A stretch of 64,000 nt of DNA, from contig NC_092671.1 of NCBI RefSeq assembly GCF_964355755.1, positions 26,734,070 through 26,798,069 of the forward strand, in the 5' to 3' direction. Under the pieces are notes generated by a model. That model did not search any database, had not been told where the DNA came from, and was given only the letters and a program-made list of their open reading frames with translations. Both the position numbers and the translations under genes were made by a program. Position 1 is the stretch's first letter; each line of letters opens with the position of its first letter. Of this stretch, positions 37,429 to 51,200 are shown piece by piece. The stretch comes from Antedon mediterranea. Taxonomy: Eukaryota; Animalia; Echinodermata.

Positions 37429-37554
37429 GTCGAGTCAATAGAAAATGAACTTAAAAGACAAAAAAGTTTAAATGAAAAAGCACCGAGTAATTCTATGAAA
37501 ATGTTAGTGGATAGATTGAGAAACGATCTGGCACTAAAGGAAAAGCAACATAAA
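37429..37554 (+). CDS. CEP290: CEP290 exon
   Basis: ttacag|GTC...AAA|gtaagt; VESIENELKRQKSLNEKAPSNSMKMLVDRLRNDLALKEKQHK. Confidence 0.9.
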
Positions 37555-38600
37555 GTAAGTTTGCCAAAAGTTTATCTTATTTGTCATTGAGCTGATTTGT
37601 TGTACAATATAGGAAAGTTCCATGATACAAAGTCACACATGTATCACATGTCACCGACTTCATGTGTGAAAAAAAGTGTTCCTTTGTAGATCTGTTCATT
37701 CAGAATTAATTTGATAGAGTCCATTCATTCATATTGTGTATCTGTTGTGATATATGAGAAAATAGTTTGTTTTGTTGTTTCTTAAAGTGTTACCTGTTGT
37801 GTTGGCAAAGACCCTGTATTCAATTCTACATACTAGCCAGTATTAGAATTGTACATATGGCTGCCAATCACAATTTCATAACGCTTATGTTTTTTAAAAC
37901 ATAATAACCCCACTATTTTTCTTCAGCTGTAAAGCAGAACTAGCACTTTCTTTAAAATGGTGTTACAGGATTTTTTTGTAATGTAAAAACATAATAGCAA
38001 ATTCACCAAAAATGATTGTCATTTATATATATTTCTATAGAAAATAAAAACAATGTTGAAGTTTCCATTCTATAGAACCATTTGTACTGTCTTCGATAAA
38101 ATAATAATTATTTTCACAAGTCCGATTAAGTGATCAGCAATAAAATCGTTGTGTATGTTACATTAATGTAACAGTTATAAATTGTTCTTACTGTTCATGA
38201 CATCTATTTATCTGATCTTTTGAAATACTATTTTCATCAAAGACAGTAAAGACCGGCCATTTACACATGAATTGGACGCTAATTATCAACGATAAATAGA
38301 TAAACATACATTGTTCCTAAATTTTTTTTTTTTTAAATTCAGAAAGTTTTCATTCTAGAATTTTAGAAACCATTTACAGTATGGTGTCTTGTAAATTTAT
38401 TTAATTATTTCAGCAATATTTTACTTTGATAAAAGTATATAATTTGTTAAAATCCAATCAAATGAGGTCATGATCAATAAAAACAATAAAATTGTTATAA
38501 TTGTCACGATATTATTGTTCTTAATCATTGTATGCAAAATGCTTTTTATGGTTATACTATAAAGGGTATGGTTATATTAGAGGACATTTTCTGGGGACTC

Positions 38601-39779
38601 TTAGATAGCGCTGTCAGGAGGATCATCAGAAACGGTTGTAATTCTAGTGCTTGAGCGAGGGAGTAAATGGTGTTGTACTAATAATTTATCTGGTTTATTT
38701 TTCTTAATTTGATATAAATGATATGTACTATACAATAAAGTTAATAGAATGAGAAATAATATTACAGTTATTGTTGCTAAAAGTCCTATAATTGCACCAA
38801 TACTTGATACATGTACTTCAACATTTGAACAAACTCTTTTTGGGTCTTCTTCCACTGTCAATTCATTGGAATTGATACGAAGACTAACTGACGCGTTACC
38901 TTCTTCAGGTGAATTTTCAATAATTTTGCATGTCACATTGTCACCATTATTCATGTACTTTTCTATCTTAATTTCCACCATGTTTGAATATTGAAGTATC
39001 TTTTTTTCATTTATGAACCAAGAAAAATTAGCCCTTTTGGAATAATTACCAATGCATTGCAACTTAATAATATCGCCAACATCATAAAGTTTATCTTCCT
39101 GTTCTAAAATTGTCACATTTATTTCATTTGTGACATTCAATGTGATCTCACAATACTCTGCTGAAAGGCGGTCCCCAAATTGTCGACAGGTATAAGATTG
39201 ACCATTTAAGTTTGGGACAGCCCTAAATTCCATTGATATCCAAATATTTGTCTCGTTACCTAATATGGTACTGTTTGTTTTTCTTCTTTCAAATTTTAAA
39301 TTTGGTTGTGGATTTATGTTTTCTGATACACAAGTAACATTTACTAAATCCATTATATTATAAGTCTTTTTCCATGTTGTACATATTGGATATTCTTCTG
39401 CAGGAATCTCAATGAGTGTCAATTCTGCGTTTTGCGTTCTAATATCCTCTCGGGAATATATCTCACATTTTGCGTTATAGTTCCCTTTGTCAGATCGTTT
39501 CAGTGAAGTTATTCTCAAAGTATACTGTCCATTACCACGTTCCACCTCATCATACGTAATACGACTGTCATTTTTATCTACAAGTATTCCATCTTTGTAC
39601 CACGTTACAGTTGTTCGGGGATCTCCTTCATTTAACGTTACAGTAAAATCAGCTGACTCGCCTTCTTTTTTTGTTATACTTTTAGGTTGCGACAGTATTG
39701 TTTGTGATTGTAATTCACTGATTAAACAAATCATTATTATTGCACATAGATGACGTTTCAAATTTGAGTTCCTTTCCAT
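38601..39779 (-). CDS. Intronless Ig-superfamily type I membrane protein (392 aa; signal peptide, 3 Ig domains, TM, short tail), nested antisense in a CEP290 intron
   Basis: ATG at 39779 just after a polypyrimidine-cag acceptor; hydrophobic leader LCAIIMICLI; Ig motifs VTWYKDG/YTLRI..LKRSDKGNY, VTC...YTC, LQC..FSWFIN..VTC; TM IGAIIGLLATITVILFLILLTLLY; AATAAA ~200 nt past the stop. Confidence 0.8.
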   Translation of the reverse strand: MERNSNLKRHLCAIIMICLISELQSQTILSQPKSITKKEGESADFTVTLNEGDPRTTVTWYKDGILVDKNDSRITYDEVERGNGQYTLRITSLKRSDKGNYNAKCEIYSREDIRTQNAELTLIEIPAEEYPICTTWKKTYNIMDLVNVTCVSENINPQPNLKFERRKTNSTILGNETNIWISMEFRAVPNLNGQSYTCRQFGDRLSAEYCEITLNVTNEINVTILEQEDKLYDVGDIIKLQCIGNYSKRANFSWFINEKKILQYSNMVEIKIEKYMNNGDNVTCKIIENSPEEGNASVSLRINSNELTVEEDPKRVCSNVEVHVSSIGAIIGLLATITVILFLILLTLLYSTYHLYQIKKNKPDKLLVQHHLLPRSSTRITTVSDDPPDSAI

Positions 39780-41741
39780 TCCAAGGTCTATAAGTCTGTA
39801 CAAAAAAAAATAAAAACAAATTGATATATAATTTGATTTTTATACAATATTTCATATCTAATAGCATCTCGATTTATCTATGCCCTATTTTATGTCAGAT
39901 TCTAATATGTTCTTGAAAAAAGTATCTTTACAATTTCATAATATGTGAAAAAATGAAAATAATCAATACTAAAGATATACTGTACTTGACTCTGTAATAT
40001 AATTTCTTAGAAAAGCTTAATTTCATTAAACTGGTTATAGGTAAAAAATGTATTTGCCCATCGGATGATTTTTTATTTTTGAAAGTAGGATTTTCATCTC
40101 TTTCATTACAGTAGTTCACCATATTCAAAAGAGTGCACATCTTGCTTCTCCTGTCCAATTTTCTTCTAAATCTTATGTTTTTGCTCTTATATAATAATAA
40201 TAACTTTATTCGAAAAAAAAGCCGTTTAACGAAAACAATAAAAGAAAAAAAAAATTAAAAGAAAAAAAGAAGTAAAAAGAACGTAAATTAAAACAATACA
40301 AAAGTGTTTACAAATGCAAAACTAAAACCATAAAAAAAATTTAAATTTATAAAGATAAGAAAAATTAAATTATTGGCTTAAATAATTTAATTAATTTTAA
40401 AATTCATATACACTTGAAACGTTTCTTATACTATTGTAGAGTTTATTCCATAGCAAATTAGCTCCTTTAAATGAAAAATATTCATTTGATGACATCATCA
40501 TGTTAGCATTTAGATGAGTCTCAAAATGTCACCATGATAGAATATACACAATTCAGCATTATAAACATTATATACCACAAAGATAATTTACATACAATAT
40601 ATACAATAAATGTTACTCTCATTTTTAAGGTATGGTATGGTTGTATTTTAAATTGTATGTTAACATAGAATGATGACGTTAATAAAACATGATCAGTGTG
40701 TGAGTCATATATAATCCCAATTAACATAATGTACATTTAACTGTAAAATACAGTTTTTTTAACAAGATTTCATACCTCAACTGATTCATCACTTCTGTTA
40801 AATTATCTTGTTATCGATAATGAAACAAAAAATATGATAGTCAATAAATTTTTCATTTAGTCTTTACTATAGGCCTTTTTTGTTAAAGTAAAGGTCACGG
40901 TGCAAAATGCATTGGCTTTCTCCCAAGATTTTTTAATAGCGTCATCTGAATGTATTTTTTAATATAGCAATTAAGCACCTTCTATGGTTTTTCCATTAAT
41001 AGTCTCCTGATATTTGAGTATTCCAATGACCTCTACATTTACAAATGTAAATTTTAAGGTGTCCCTATAGTTCCTATTAAACATTGAGTTAATATTTCTC
41101 CATTGTTGAATTGTTATATTTAATTGTTATTTTGAATTTAAAGATTCTACCATTGAGTGCTTTAAGCAGATCATTTGAAGAACAATTTGTTCTATTTTCA
41201 TCTTTTACCTCATGAAATTATTTTACACTCATAAACATTCATTATCATCATCTTTCTATCAACAAATTCAGCATATTCTGATTTTTTTTGGGCATATTAA
41301 TTTTGTATGATTTGTACCTTTCTCCCTACACTTGGTGCAATATAGCTAAATACAGATGAGTCACATCACAACATGTTATGTTACATATAATATTACATTC
41401 AAACTCATACACTGCCTTGGTCGATACACTGAGAGTACATATCAAAGTGTAAAAGCCTATCATGATGGATATGCACATTGTAATTTGATCAAATTGTTGT
41501 CTAGTCTAAACTCTAGGTTGGAGACAACAGCATTTAAGTGATAACCATGTTCCTATTTTAATCCAAATACTGTAATATGATGTAATGAACACATACCTTT
41601 TTCTCAACTTGTTTTTTGGTTAATATTATTGAGTAGACAAATATCATTATTGATCCTTTAGATTTCAATGCAGTGAAACATTATATGGTAGATAATTTTT
41701 ATGTATGTTGCTTTGTTTTACTGTACTATAGAGGGGGTAGT

Positions 41742-42543
41742 AGGTTATTTTAGTCTAAACAGCAAGCATAACGTAAACGAATTAGAACGCCATCTATCAA
41801 CTTTCAATTTAAATGTAAATAAAGAAAAATCAGAAAACACATCATAAGACGAGAAAAAGAAGACATACAAGAACAATGGAGATACACGGAAAAGTTGGAT
41901 CGCTTCTTGGGGACAGACAAGACAAGAAAACAAAGCGCATGTAGCAATGACCAAACTAAACTCGTTGTGGCTTCGAAAGATAAATCAAATTTAAAATATC
42001 TATTAAACGGTACAACTCACTACCGTAGTTAAACGTATATTACTCTACAACTCAGAAACATGGGGATTCACAAAAGAAGAAGCACATTGACACATTTCAC
42101 AGACAGGAACTTCGCAAAATTATAGGTATCAGGTTCCCAGACAGGATATTGAACATAAATTTATACAAAAGGACAGGAACAAATGAATTTCGTTACAAAT
42201 AGTCAACACAAGATGGAGACTATTGGGTCACATACTCAGACAAGACCCATGTGCACCAGCTAACCCAGCAATAAGCTATTATTTCAGCAACACTACCAAT
42301 ATAAAATTTCGAGGAATACAGAGAACCACCCTACCAATAACTCTCAGCAACGACCTACTCACACTTTATAAGCAGAACACAAATATCAAGTTTCCCGACA
42401 AATTGAAAACCAAGAAAGACATCAAACTACTTAAACAACTAGCCAATGAAAGATCTGATTGGAAGAAACTGGTAAAAGAGATATATGGAGCAGCCTAAGC
42501 AAACATGTTGACTTTTCAGTGGAGAGGCAGTAATCAATCAATC
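41742..42543 (+). mobile_element. 5'-truncated, frameshifted RTE-clade LINE
   Basis: LLYNSETWG, FHRQELRKIIGI, RWRLLGHILR, RTTLP fragments; (AATC)n tail; 14-bp TSD ATAGAGGGGGTAGT/ATAGAAGGGGTAGT. Confidence 0.8.
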
Positions 42544-42571
42544 ATAGAAGGGGTAGTTGAATTCTTCTATC

Positions 42572-43154
42572 TAGAGCCAAAAAAATATAAAGAGTTACGA
42601 CTTTGAATGGAGTAGAAGCCATTTTTGTGTCCAACTATTCCTTTGTAGAGTATGGAGTTTAGTCTTTTGTTTTAAAAATGTATAACGTTCAAAGGGCTTA
42701 ACTATCGAATTTAATATCAAAACAATCAATTTGTTTTAAGGTTTTTTTTTGTTTGTAATAAAATTATAAGGTTACTGCAAACATGATTTTAAACAACAAA
42801 AGTAGCAATTTCGGAACAGCTCTGGCCGTGTGCTCCATGCACGCTCAACGTGTTTGTACAGCAATTCTCTATAGTTAATGCATTGTTTTTACATTTTGTT
42901 GTTTAAAATCATGTTCGCAGTAACTTTATGATTTCGTTATTTTTTTTAAAAAACCTTTAAACAAATTGATTGTTTGATATTAAATTCGATATTTAAAGCC
43001 TTGTGAATGTTATACATTTTTTAAGCAAATGACTCGACTCCATACTCTACATACAGTAAGCATAGTTGGATACAAAGATGGCCGGTGTGCACCCCACGTG
43101 ACTTTCTAAAATCCGTGAATGCAATGCCGTAACTCTTTATATACTTTGGCTCTG
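42572..43154. mobile_element. Palindromic hAT-type MITE
   Basis: TAGAGCCAAA...TTTGGCTCTG termini; long internal inverted arms; 8-bp TSD CTTCTATC/CGTCTATC. Confidence 0.75.
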
Positions 43155-43472
43155 CGTCTATCACATTTAATATAAATTAAAGACACCAGACCTTCGTTTT
43201 TTCGACCTGATTTAAGGTCACACACTACATTTTATGTAAAAATAAATACCATATGAACCTATTGTGATAATTTTGTTCATCATTAAACAGAAGCATGGAG
43301 TAATTATCTAAATTAATCCTCCATTCTAGATTGAAGCAACTTCATCAGCGTCTGCTTCATTCTAATAAGTCTATGGTCCAAATTTGTTTATTATAAATAA
43401 TACGTTTGTGTACACTTAAAAGTAGCATTGATCCAAATGCCAACTTGATGTCAATGACTACTAGATGTCTCT

Positions 43473-43955
43473 ATGAAGACCGTTACTTGTACCAGTACCA
43501 GATGTCCATTTGTGTAATGAAGACCGTTACTTGTACCAGTACCAGATGTCTATTTGTGTAATGAAGACCGTTACTTGTACCAGTACCAGATGTCTATTTG
43601 TGTAATGAAGACTGTTACTTGTACCAGTACCAGATGTCTATTTGTGTAATGAAGACCGTTACTTGTACCAGTACCAGATGTCTATTTGTGTAATGAAGAC
43701 CGTTACTTGCACCAGTACCAGATGTCCATTTGTGTAATGAAGACAGTTACTTGTACCACTACCAGATGTCTATTTGTGTAATGAAGACCGTTACTTGCAC
43801 CAGTACCAGATGTCCATTTGTGTAATGAAGACCGTTACTTGTACCACTACCAGATGTCTATTTGTGTAATGAAGACCGTTACTTGTACCACTACCAGATG
43901 TCTATTTGTGTAATGAAGACCGTTACTTGTACCAGTACCAGATGTCTGTTTGTGT
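43473..43955. repeat. 44-bp minisatellite, ~11 copies
   Basis: Unit atgaagaccgttacttgtaccagtaccagatgtctatttgtgta. Confidence 0.95.
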
Positions 43956-44142
43956 GTGTACAAGCAACAGTGATGAAACAATGAAAACATTTGACAGTCT
44001 ACTTGTGGGTTTGATGATACTTTGTTTTAAAAGTTTTCAAATCTGCTTCTTATATATTTTTTAAAATCTTATATAATTGTTGTCTTGATAATGTGATAAA
44101 CTGAAATCAAACATTTACAGGTATTTTATGTTTTATATATAG

Positions 44143-44280
44143 GCTCTTAGTCAGGCACTGATGACAGTGCGTGCAGAGATGGTAGAAATGGCTCAAGACA
44201 ATGCAAAGGCCAATGCAGATGAACATGAAGAAAAGCTTAATGTACAACACCTTGTAGACAGGGAGACAAAAAAGATGAAG
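44143..44280 (+). CDS. CEP290: CEP290 exon
   Basis: atag|GCT...AAG|gtaatt; ALSQALMTVRAEM...LNVQHLVDRETKKMK. Confidence 0.9.
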
Positions 44281-44472
44281 GTAATTAAGTTGTGAAATTT
44301 AAGAGTGAACCCTCTGCAGCCCTGGGTCACACTAGTGTACTGTAATCCAAATCTGGAGCTATAGCCTAACTGTAACAGTCTGTATCAATGCCTGGTCTGA
44401 ACAGCACAATCCTGCTTAGTCCTTCCTTTTCACCAATCAGGATAGGTTGAGTGGTAATAGCAATTTGACAAT

Positions 44473-44975
44473 GGGGGGTTTTCGCAACCTTACGAATACG
44501 ATAACGAAAATGGATACGTCACACAATTGTGAAATTTTTAAGCTGATCCATTTCATATTCGTAAAGCGTTTTCGTGTTGACGAATATCACCAGTCATAAT
44601 CGGAACTACAAAACGAGTATAGTTTTTATCTATTTTGCACATTTTGCATTTGAATCAGGAATGATTCATGATTATAATATAATTATACTTTTATTGAAAG
44701 TAATTTACTAAAGTAATTTACTAAAATGCCAAGTCAATTTTGATAAATAGCGGTTTTTAAAGTCCTCACTCGCTTTGATGTTACGCTAGGCCTAGGCAGC
44801 CAAGCACCAAGCAACACGTACATATGCGCTTCGCTCAAATTTACCGCAGTCATATTTTGGACGGCGCCCTCAATATTTCGCTGCCATGCGAAATAGATTT
44901 TTACTGGCTTACCAAAAACGTGTGCGTGACGTATCCGTTTTCGTTATCGTATTCGTAAGATTGCGAAAACTCCCT
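44473..44975. mobile_element. MITE with ~50-bp TIRs and AT flanks (ISL2EU/Harbinger-like)
   Basis: AT|GGGGGGTTTTCGCAACCTTACGAATACGATAACGAAAA...TTTTCGTTATCGTATTCGTAAGATTGCGAAAACTCCCT|AT. Confidence 0.78.
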
Positions 44976-45240
44976 ATTTGTTTATTGATTTTTAATCCTG
45001 GGGCAGGATTTTATCACCTTGTGCATCAATTGCATGTGTAATTGGTGTTCATTCCAAACAGGCCCTACTATATTCAACAGATAAGTTTTAATCATGAGGG
45101 TTACTTTTTATTCTGAACTGAACTGAATATTTGTACATTGTGAACATTTAAGTGGCCCATTTTTAGACATGATATATCATCATGATGAAGCATGCCATTT
45201 TTACTTTGATAAAAGTTGACCATTAAATACTTTAGTTAAA

Positions 45241-48200
45241 TTGGTTATCCGCAACGAAGTTGCAGGATAACCTCTTGTGATTGTACGAAATCATCATCAT
45301 CATCATCATTGGTTATCCGCAACGAAGTTGCAGGATAACCTCTTGTGATTGTACGAAATCATCATTGGTTATCCGCAACGAAGTTGCAGGATAACCTCTT
45401 GTGATTGTACGAAATCATCAACATCAACTTTTTATTTTTGGTTATCCGCAACGAAGTTGCAGGATAACCTCTTGTGATTGTACGAAATCATTCTGTATGA
45501 TTTTTGTGTAACGCTTTTCTCTAAAACTCGCAAACATAACATTTCGGTAACTATCTTAACATATTGACATTTACGTAACGTCGTCAAGCGAAGCTTTTCA
45601 TGACGTTTACAATTGCGCAACGTGACTTACGCGCGATTTAACGATTTTGTCGTATTTAACATAGCTCGACAACCAAATAACATTTCAACTTGAAACTTTG
45701 CAAAAGTTTAATTTATATCATGCGCTAACTTTCTGTTGAAAAAAAATTCCGTGTTTTACACAAAGTTACGCGCGCACGCGCATTTAAAATTTCGAAATGC
45801 GCAAAATTAATTTCTAATCAACTTTCTACGCGTTTCATGTCGTTTTAAGCATGTCAAAAATTCCCACGCGTGCGCACATTTTTACGTGTGCGGTGCGCAC
45901 GTAGCATTGAAAACGTAGTTTTTTCACGTGATTTATGTTTTTCCAGCCTTTTCTAGTAATTTTACCAAATTTTAAACAATTTCGACTTAAAGATACGTCA
46001 TACCAGCACGTCGAATTGGACAATTTGCGCGCGTTTTTTATGAAAAGGTTAAAAAATTCGTTTAAAATATGCCTTTTTTTAAACAGTCGTAATTTCTAAA
46101 CTAGACGGTCAAATTTTTGTGGATGACATATTCTAGAAGTAGATGAGTTGTAGATGTCGGATCAGGTATTAATATGGCTAACCGGACATTGTGACGTCAT
46201 CGTATGGCCACGCGAATATAAAATTTAGGATTTTTGTATCTTTCGTCATAGCTCATCACATTGAATAGAGCGCATCTCCACTTATCCGTTTTCCATTTTT
46301 ACCCCGATTTTGATATTGTCTAGGTCAATCAACTATCTTTCGCATGAGTTAAAAATATTTTAATTTTTTTGACGTCATCATGCCTAAAAATTTAAATCAC
46401 GTGTGGCATCAATTTCATCTTTACAGTAAATTTCAATCTGTTATAGCTCGTAAGAATAAAATGTGATAATCACGATTAAAACTTTTTCTGGAAGCTATTG
46501 GATTGTAGATACGAAATTATGTAAAAATGTTGCCAATCGGATGTTGTGACGTCATCATATGGCCAGTTTAATAAAAAAAGGTCGTATTTTCATCTTTTGC
46601 GTCATAATTCATTACATTTAAAAGAGCGCGCATCAATATTTCACGTATTCAAATTTCTTCTACACGCTAATACGTTGTTGCTGAAATAATTTCCTTTCGG
46701 AATTGCTACCTTCGCGTTTCATTTTAAAACTGTCAACATGTTAAAAATTGCAATAATTAGCGGGTCCCGTAATTTTACCTATTCTACACTGTATGTGATA
46801 TGGATACAGATTATACTGTGTATACTATATATGAATTTATATATAGATAAAATTCAGCAATAACAACATATCATATTCTTCAGTTCAGGTCATAATGCCA
46901 ACGTGACCTCTTCCTTTTGTCCTCAACCTATCCCCTTAATGTTAATGTTGCACCACTTGCGCGGCGGATAACCAAACTCGTCAAAGTGACGAGTTACATG
47001 TCTAGTTGGTTATCCGCAACGAAGTTGCAGGATAACCTCTTGTGATTGTACGAAATCAACCTGTATGATTTTTGTGTAACGCTTTTCTCTAAAACTCGCA
47101 AACATAACATTTCGGTAACTATCTTAACATATTGACATTTACGTAACGTCGTCAAGCGAAGCTTTTCATGACGTTTACAATTGCGCAACGTGACTTACGC
47201 GCGATTTAATGATTTTGTCGTATTTAACATAGCTCGACAACCAAATAACATTTCAACTTGAAACTTTGCAAAAGTTTAATTTATATCATGCGCTAACTTT
47301 CTGTTGAAAAAAAATTGCGTTTTTTAACACAAAGTTACGCGCGCACGCGCATTTAAAATTTCAAAATGCGCAAAATTAATTTATAATCAACTTTCTACGC
47401 GTTTCATGTCGTTTTAAGCATGTCAAAAATTCCCACGCGTGCGCACATTTTTACGTGTGCGGTGCGCACGTAGTATTGAAAACGTACTTTTTTCACGTGA
47501 TTTATATTTTTCCAGCCTTTTCTAGTAATTTTACCAAATTTTAAACAATTTCGACTTAAAGATACGTCATACGAGCACGTCGAATTGGACAATTTGCGCG
47601 CGTTTTTTATGAAAAGGTTAAAAAATTGTTTAAAATATGCCTTTTTTTAAACAGTCGTAATTTCTAAACTAGACCGTCAACTTTTTGTGGATGGCATATT
47701 CTGGAAGTAGATGAGTTGTAGATATCGGATCAGGTATTAATATGGCTAACCGGACATTGTGACGTCATCGTATGGCCACGCGAATATAAAATTTAGGATT
47801 TTTGTATCTTTCGTCATAGCTCATCACATTGAATAGAGCGCATCTCCACTTATCCGTTTCCATTTTCACCCCGATTTTGATTTTGTCTAGGTCAATCAAG
47901 TATCTTTCGCATGAGTTAAAAATATTTTAATTTTTTTGACGTCATCATGCCTAAAAATTTTAATCACGTGTGGCATCAATTTCATCTTTACAGTAAATTT
48001 TAATCTGTTATAGCTCGTAAGAATAAAACTTGATAATCACGATTAAAACTTTTTCTGGAAGCTATTGGATTGTAGATACGAAATTATGTAAAAATGTTGC
48101 CAATCGGATGTTGTGACGTCATCATATGGCCAGTTAAATAAAAAAGGTCGTATTTTCATCTTTTGCGTCATAATTCATTACATTTAAAAGAGCGCGCATC

Positions 48201-51200
48201 AATATTTCACGTATTCAAATTTCTTCTACACGCTAATACGTTGTTGCTGAGATAATTTCCTTTCGGAATTGCTAACTTCGCGTTTCATTTTAAAACCGTC
48301 AACATGTTAAAAATTGTAATAAATAGCGGGTCCCGTAATTTCACCTATTCTACACTGTATGTGATATGGATACAGATTATACTGTGTATACTATATATGA
48401 ATTTAAATAATAAAATTCAGCAATAACAACAGATCATATTCTTCAGTTCAGTTCATAATGCCAACGTGAACACTTCCTTTTGTCCTCAACCTATCCCCTT
48501 AATGTTAATGTTGCACCACTTGCGCGGCGGATAACCAAACTCGTCAAAGTGACGAGTTACATGTCTAGTTCTTCTTTCTTTCTGTATGATTTTTGTGTAA
48601 CGCTTTTCTCTAAAACTTGCAAACATAACATTTTGTTACCTATGTTAACATTTTGACATTTATGTAACGTCGTCAAGCAAAGCTTTTCATGATGTTTACA
48701 ATTGCGCAACGTGACGTACGCGCGATTTAACGATTTTCTCGTATTTAACATATGTCGAAAACCAAATAACATTTTAAAGTGAAACTTTGCAAAAGTTTAA
48801 TTTATATCATGCGCTAACTTTCTGTTGAAAAAAAATTGCGTGTTTTACACAAAGTTACGCGCGCACGCGCATTTAAAATTTCAAAATGCGCAAAATTAAT
48901 TTATAATCAACTTTCTACGCGTTTCATGTCGTTTTAAGCATGTCAAAAATTCCCACGCGTGCGCACATTTTTACGTGTGCGGTGCGCACGTAGCATGGAA
49001 AACGATTTTTTTTTGCGTGATTTATGTTTTTCCAGCTTTTTCTAGTAATTTTACCAAATTTGAAACAATTTCGACTTAAAGATACGTCATACGAGCACGT
49101 CGAATTGGACAATTTGCGCGCGTTTTTTATGAAAATGTTAAAAAATTCGTTTAAAATATGCCTTTTTTTAAACAGTCGTAATTTCTAAACTAGAAGGTCA
49201 ACTTTTTGTGGATGGGATATTCTGGAAGTAGATGAGTTGTAGATATCGGATCAGGTATTAATATGGCTAACCGGACATTTTGACGTCATCGTATAGCCAC
49301 GCGAATATAAAATTTAGGATTTTTGTATCTTTCGTCATAGCTCATCACATTGAATAGAGCGCATCTCCACTTATCCGTTTTCCATTTTCACCCCGATTTT
49401 GACATTGTCTAGGTCAATCAACTATCTTTCGCATGAATTAAAAATATTTTAATTTTTTTTACGTCATCATGCCTAAAAATTAATATCACGTGTGGCAGTA
49501 ATTTCATCTTTACAGTAAATTTTAATCTGTTATAGCTCGTAAGAATAAAATGTGATAATCACGATTAAAACTTTTTCTGGAAGCTATTGGATTGTAGATA
49601 CGAAATTATGTAAAAATATTGCCAATCGGATGCTGTGACGTCATCATATGGCCAGTTAAATAAAAAAGGTCGTATTTTCATCTTTTGCGTCATAATTCAT
49701 TACATTTAAAAGAGCGCGCATCAATATTTCACGTGCTCAAATTTCTTCTACACGTTAATACGTTGTTGCTGAGATAATTTGCTTTCGGAATTACTACCTT
49801 CGCGTTTCATTTTAAAACCGTCAACATGTTAAAAATTGCAATAAATAGCGGGTCCCGTAATTTCACCTATTCTACACTGTATGTGATATGGATACAGATT
49901 ATACTGTGTATACTATATATGAATTTAAATAATAAAATTCAGCAATAACAATATATCATATTCTTCAGTTCAGGTCATAATGCCAACGTGAACACTTCCC
50001 TTTGTCCTCAACCTATCCCCTTAATGTTAATGTTGCACCACTTGTGCGGCGGATAACCAAACTCGTCAAGGTGACGAGTTACATGTCTAGTCTTTTTCTT
50101 AATCTTCTTTCTTTCTGTATGATTTTTGTGTAACGCTTTTCTCTAAAACTTGCAAACATAACATTTTGTTAACTATGTTAACATTTTGACATTTATGTAA
50201 CGTCGTCAAGCGAAGCTTTTCATGATGTTTACAATTGCGCAACGTGACGTACGCGCAATTTAACGATTTTCTCGTATTTAACATATGTCGAAAACCAATT
50301 AACATTTTAAAGTGAAACTTTGCAAAAGTTTAATTTATATCATGCGCTAACTTTCTGTTGAAAAAAAATTGCGTGTTTTACACAAAGTTACGCGCGCACG
50401 CGCATTTAAAATTTCAAAATGCGCAAAAATAATTTATAATCAACTTTCTACGCGTTTCATGTCGTTTTAAGCATGTCAACAATTCCCACGCGTGCGCACA
50501 TTTCTACGTGTGCGGTGCGCACGTAGCATTGAAAACGTATTTTTTTCGCGTGATTTATGTTTTTCCAGCATTTTCTAGTAATTTTACCAAATTTTAAACA
50601 ATTTCGACTTAAAGATACGTCATACGAGCACGTCGAATTGGACAATTTGCGCGCGTTTTTTATGAAAAGGTTAAAAAATTCGTTTAAAATATGCCTTTTT
50701 TTAAACAGTCGTAATTTCTAAACTAGACGGTCAAATTTTTGTGGATGACATATTCTGGAAGTAGATGAGTTGTAGATATCGGATCAGGTATTAATATGGC
50801 TAACCGGACATTGTGACGTCATCGTATGGCCACGCGAATATAAAATTTAGGATTTTGTATCTTTCGTCATAGCTCATCATATTGAATAGAGCGCATCTCC
50901 ACTTATCCGTTTTCTATTTTCACCCCGATTTTGATATTGTCTAGGTCAATCAACTATCTTTCGCATGAGTTAAAAATATTTTAATTTTTTTGACGTCATC
51001 ATGCCTAAAAATTTATATCACGTGTGGCATCAATTTCATCTTTACAGTAAATTTTAATCTGTTATAGCTCGTAAGAATAAAATGTGATAATCACGATTAA
51101 AACTTTTTCTGGAAGCTATTGGATTGTAGATACGAAATTATGTAAAAATGTTGCCAATCGGATGTTGTGACGTCATCATATGGCCAGTTAAATAAAAAAG

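Noticed and set aside
39780-39803. N-terminal MYRLIDLG extension of the Ig ORF
   Set aside because: The TTG start lies in the polypyrimidine/acceptor sequence; the ATG at 39779 gives a proper signal peptide
43473-43955. Regular 44-bp repeats resembling a CRISPR array
   Set aside because: The units are contiguous with no unique spacers, no cas genes are present, and the context is a eukaryotic intron: a minisatellite. The same applies to 55749-56663 and 63430-63952.
44111-44142. Upstream acag|gt as the acceptor of the 44143 exon
   Set aside because: It would add 22 nt and shift the frame; the AG at 44141-44142 preserves CEP290 homology
45432-50645. Recurrent 62-71-aa minus-strand ORFs
   Set aside because: They recur only because the 1.55-kb unit is repeated; several start at non-ATG codons, and no Rep/helicase motifs are present
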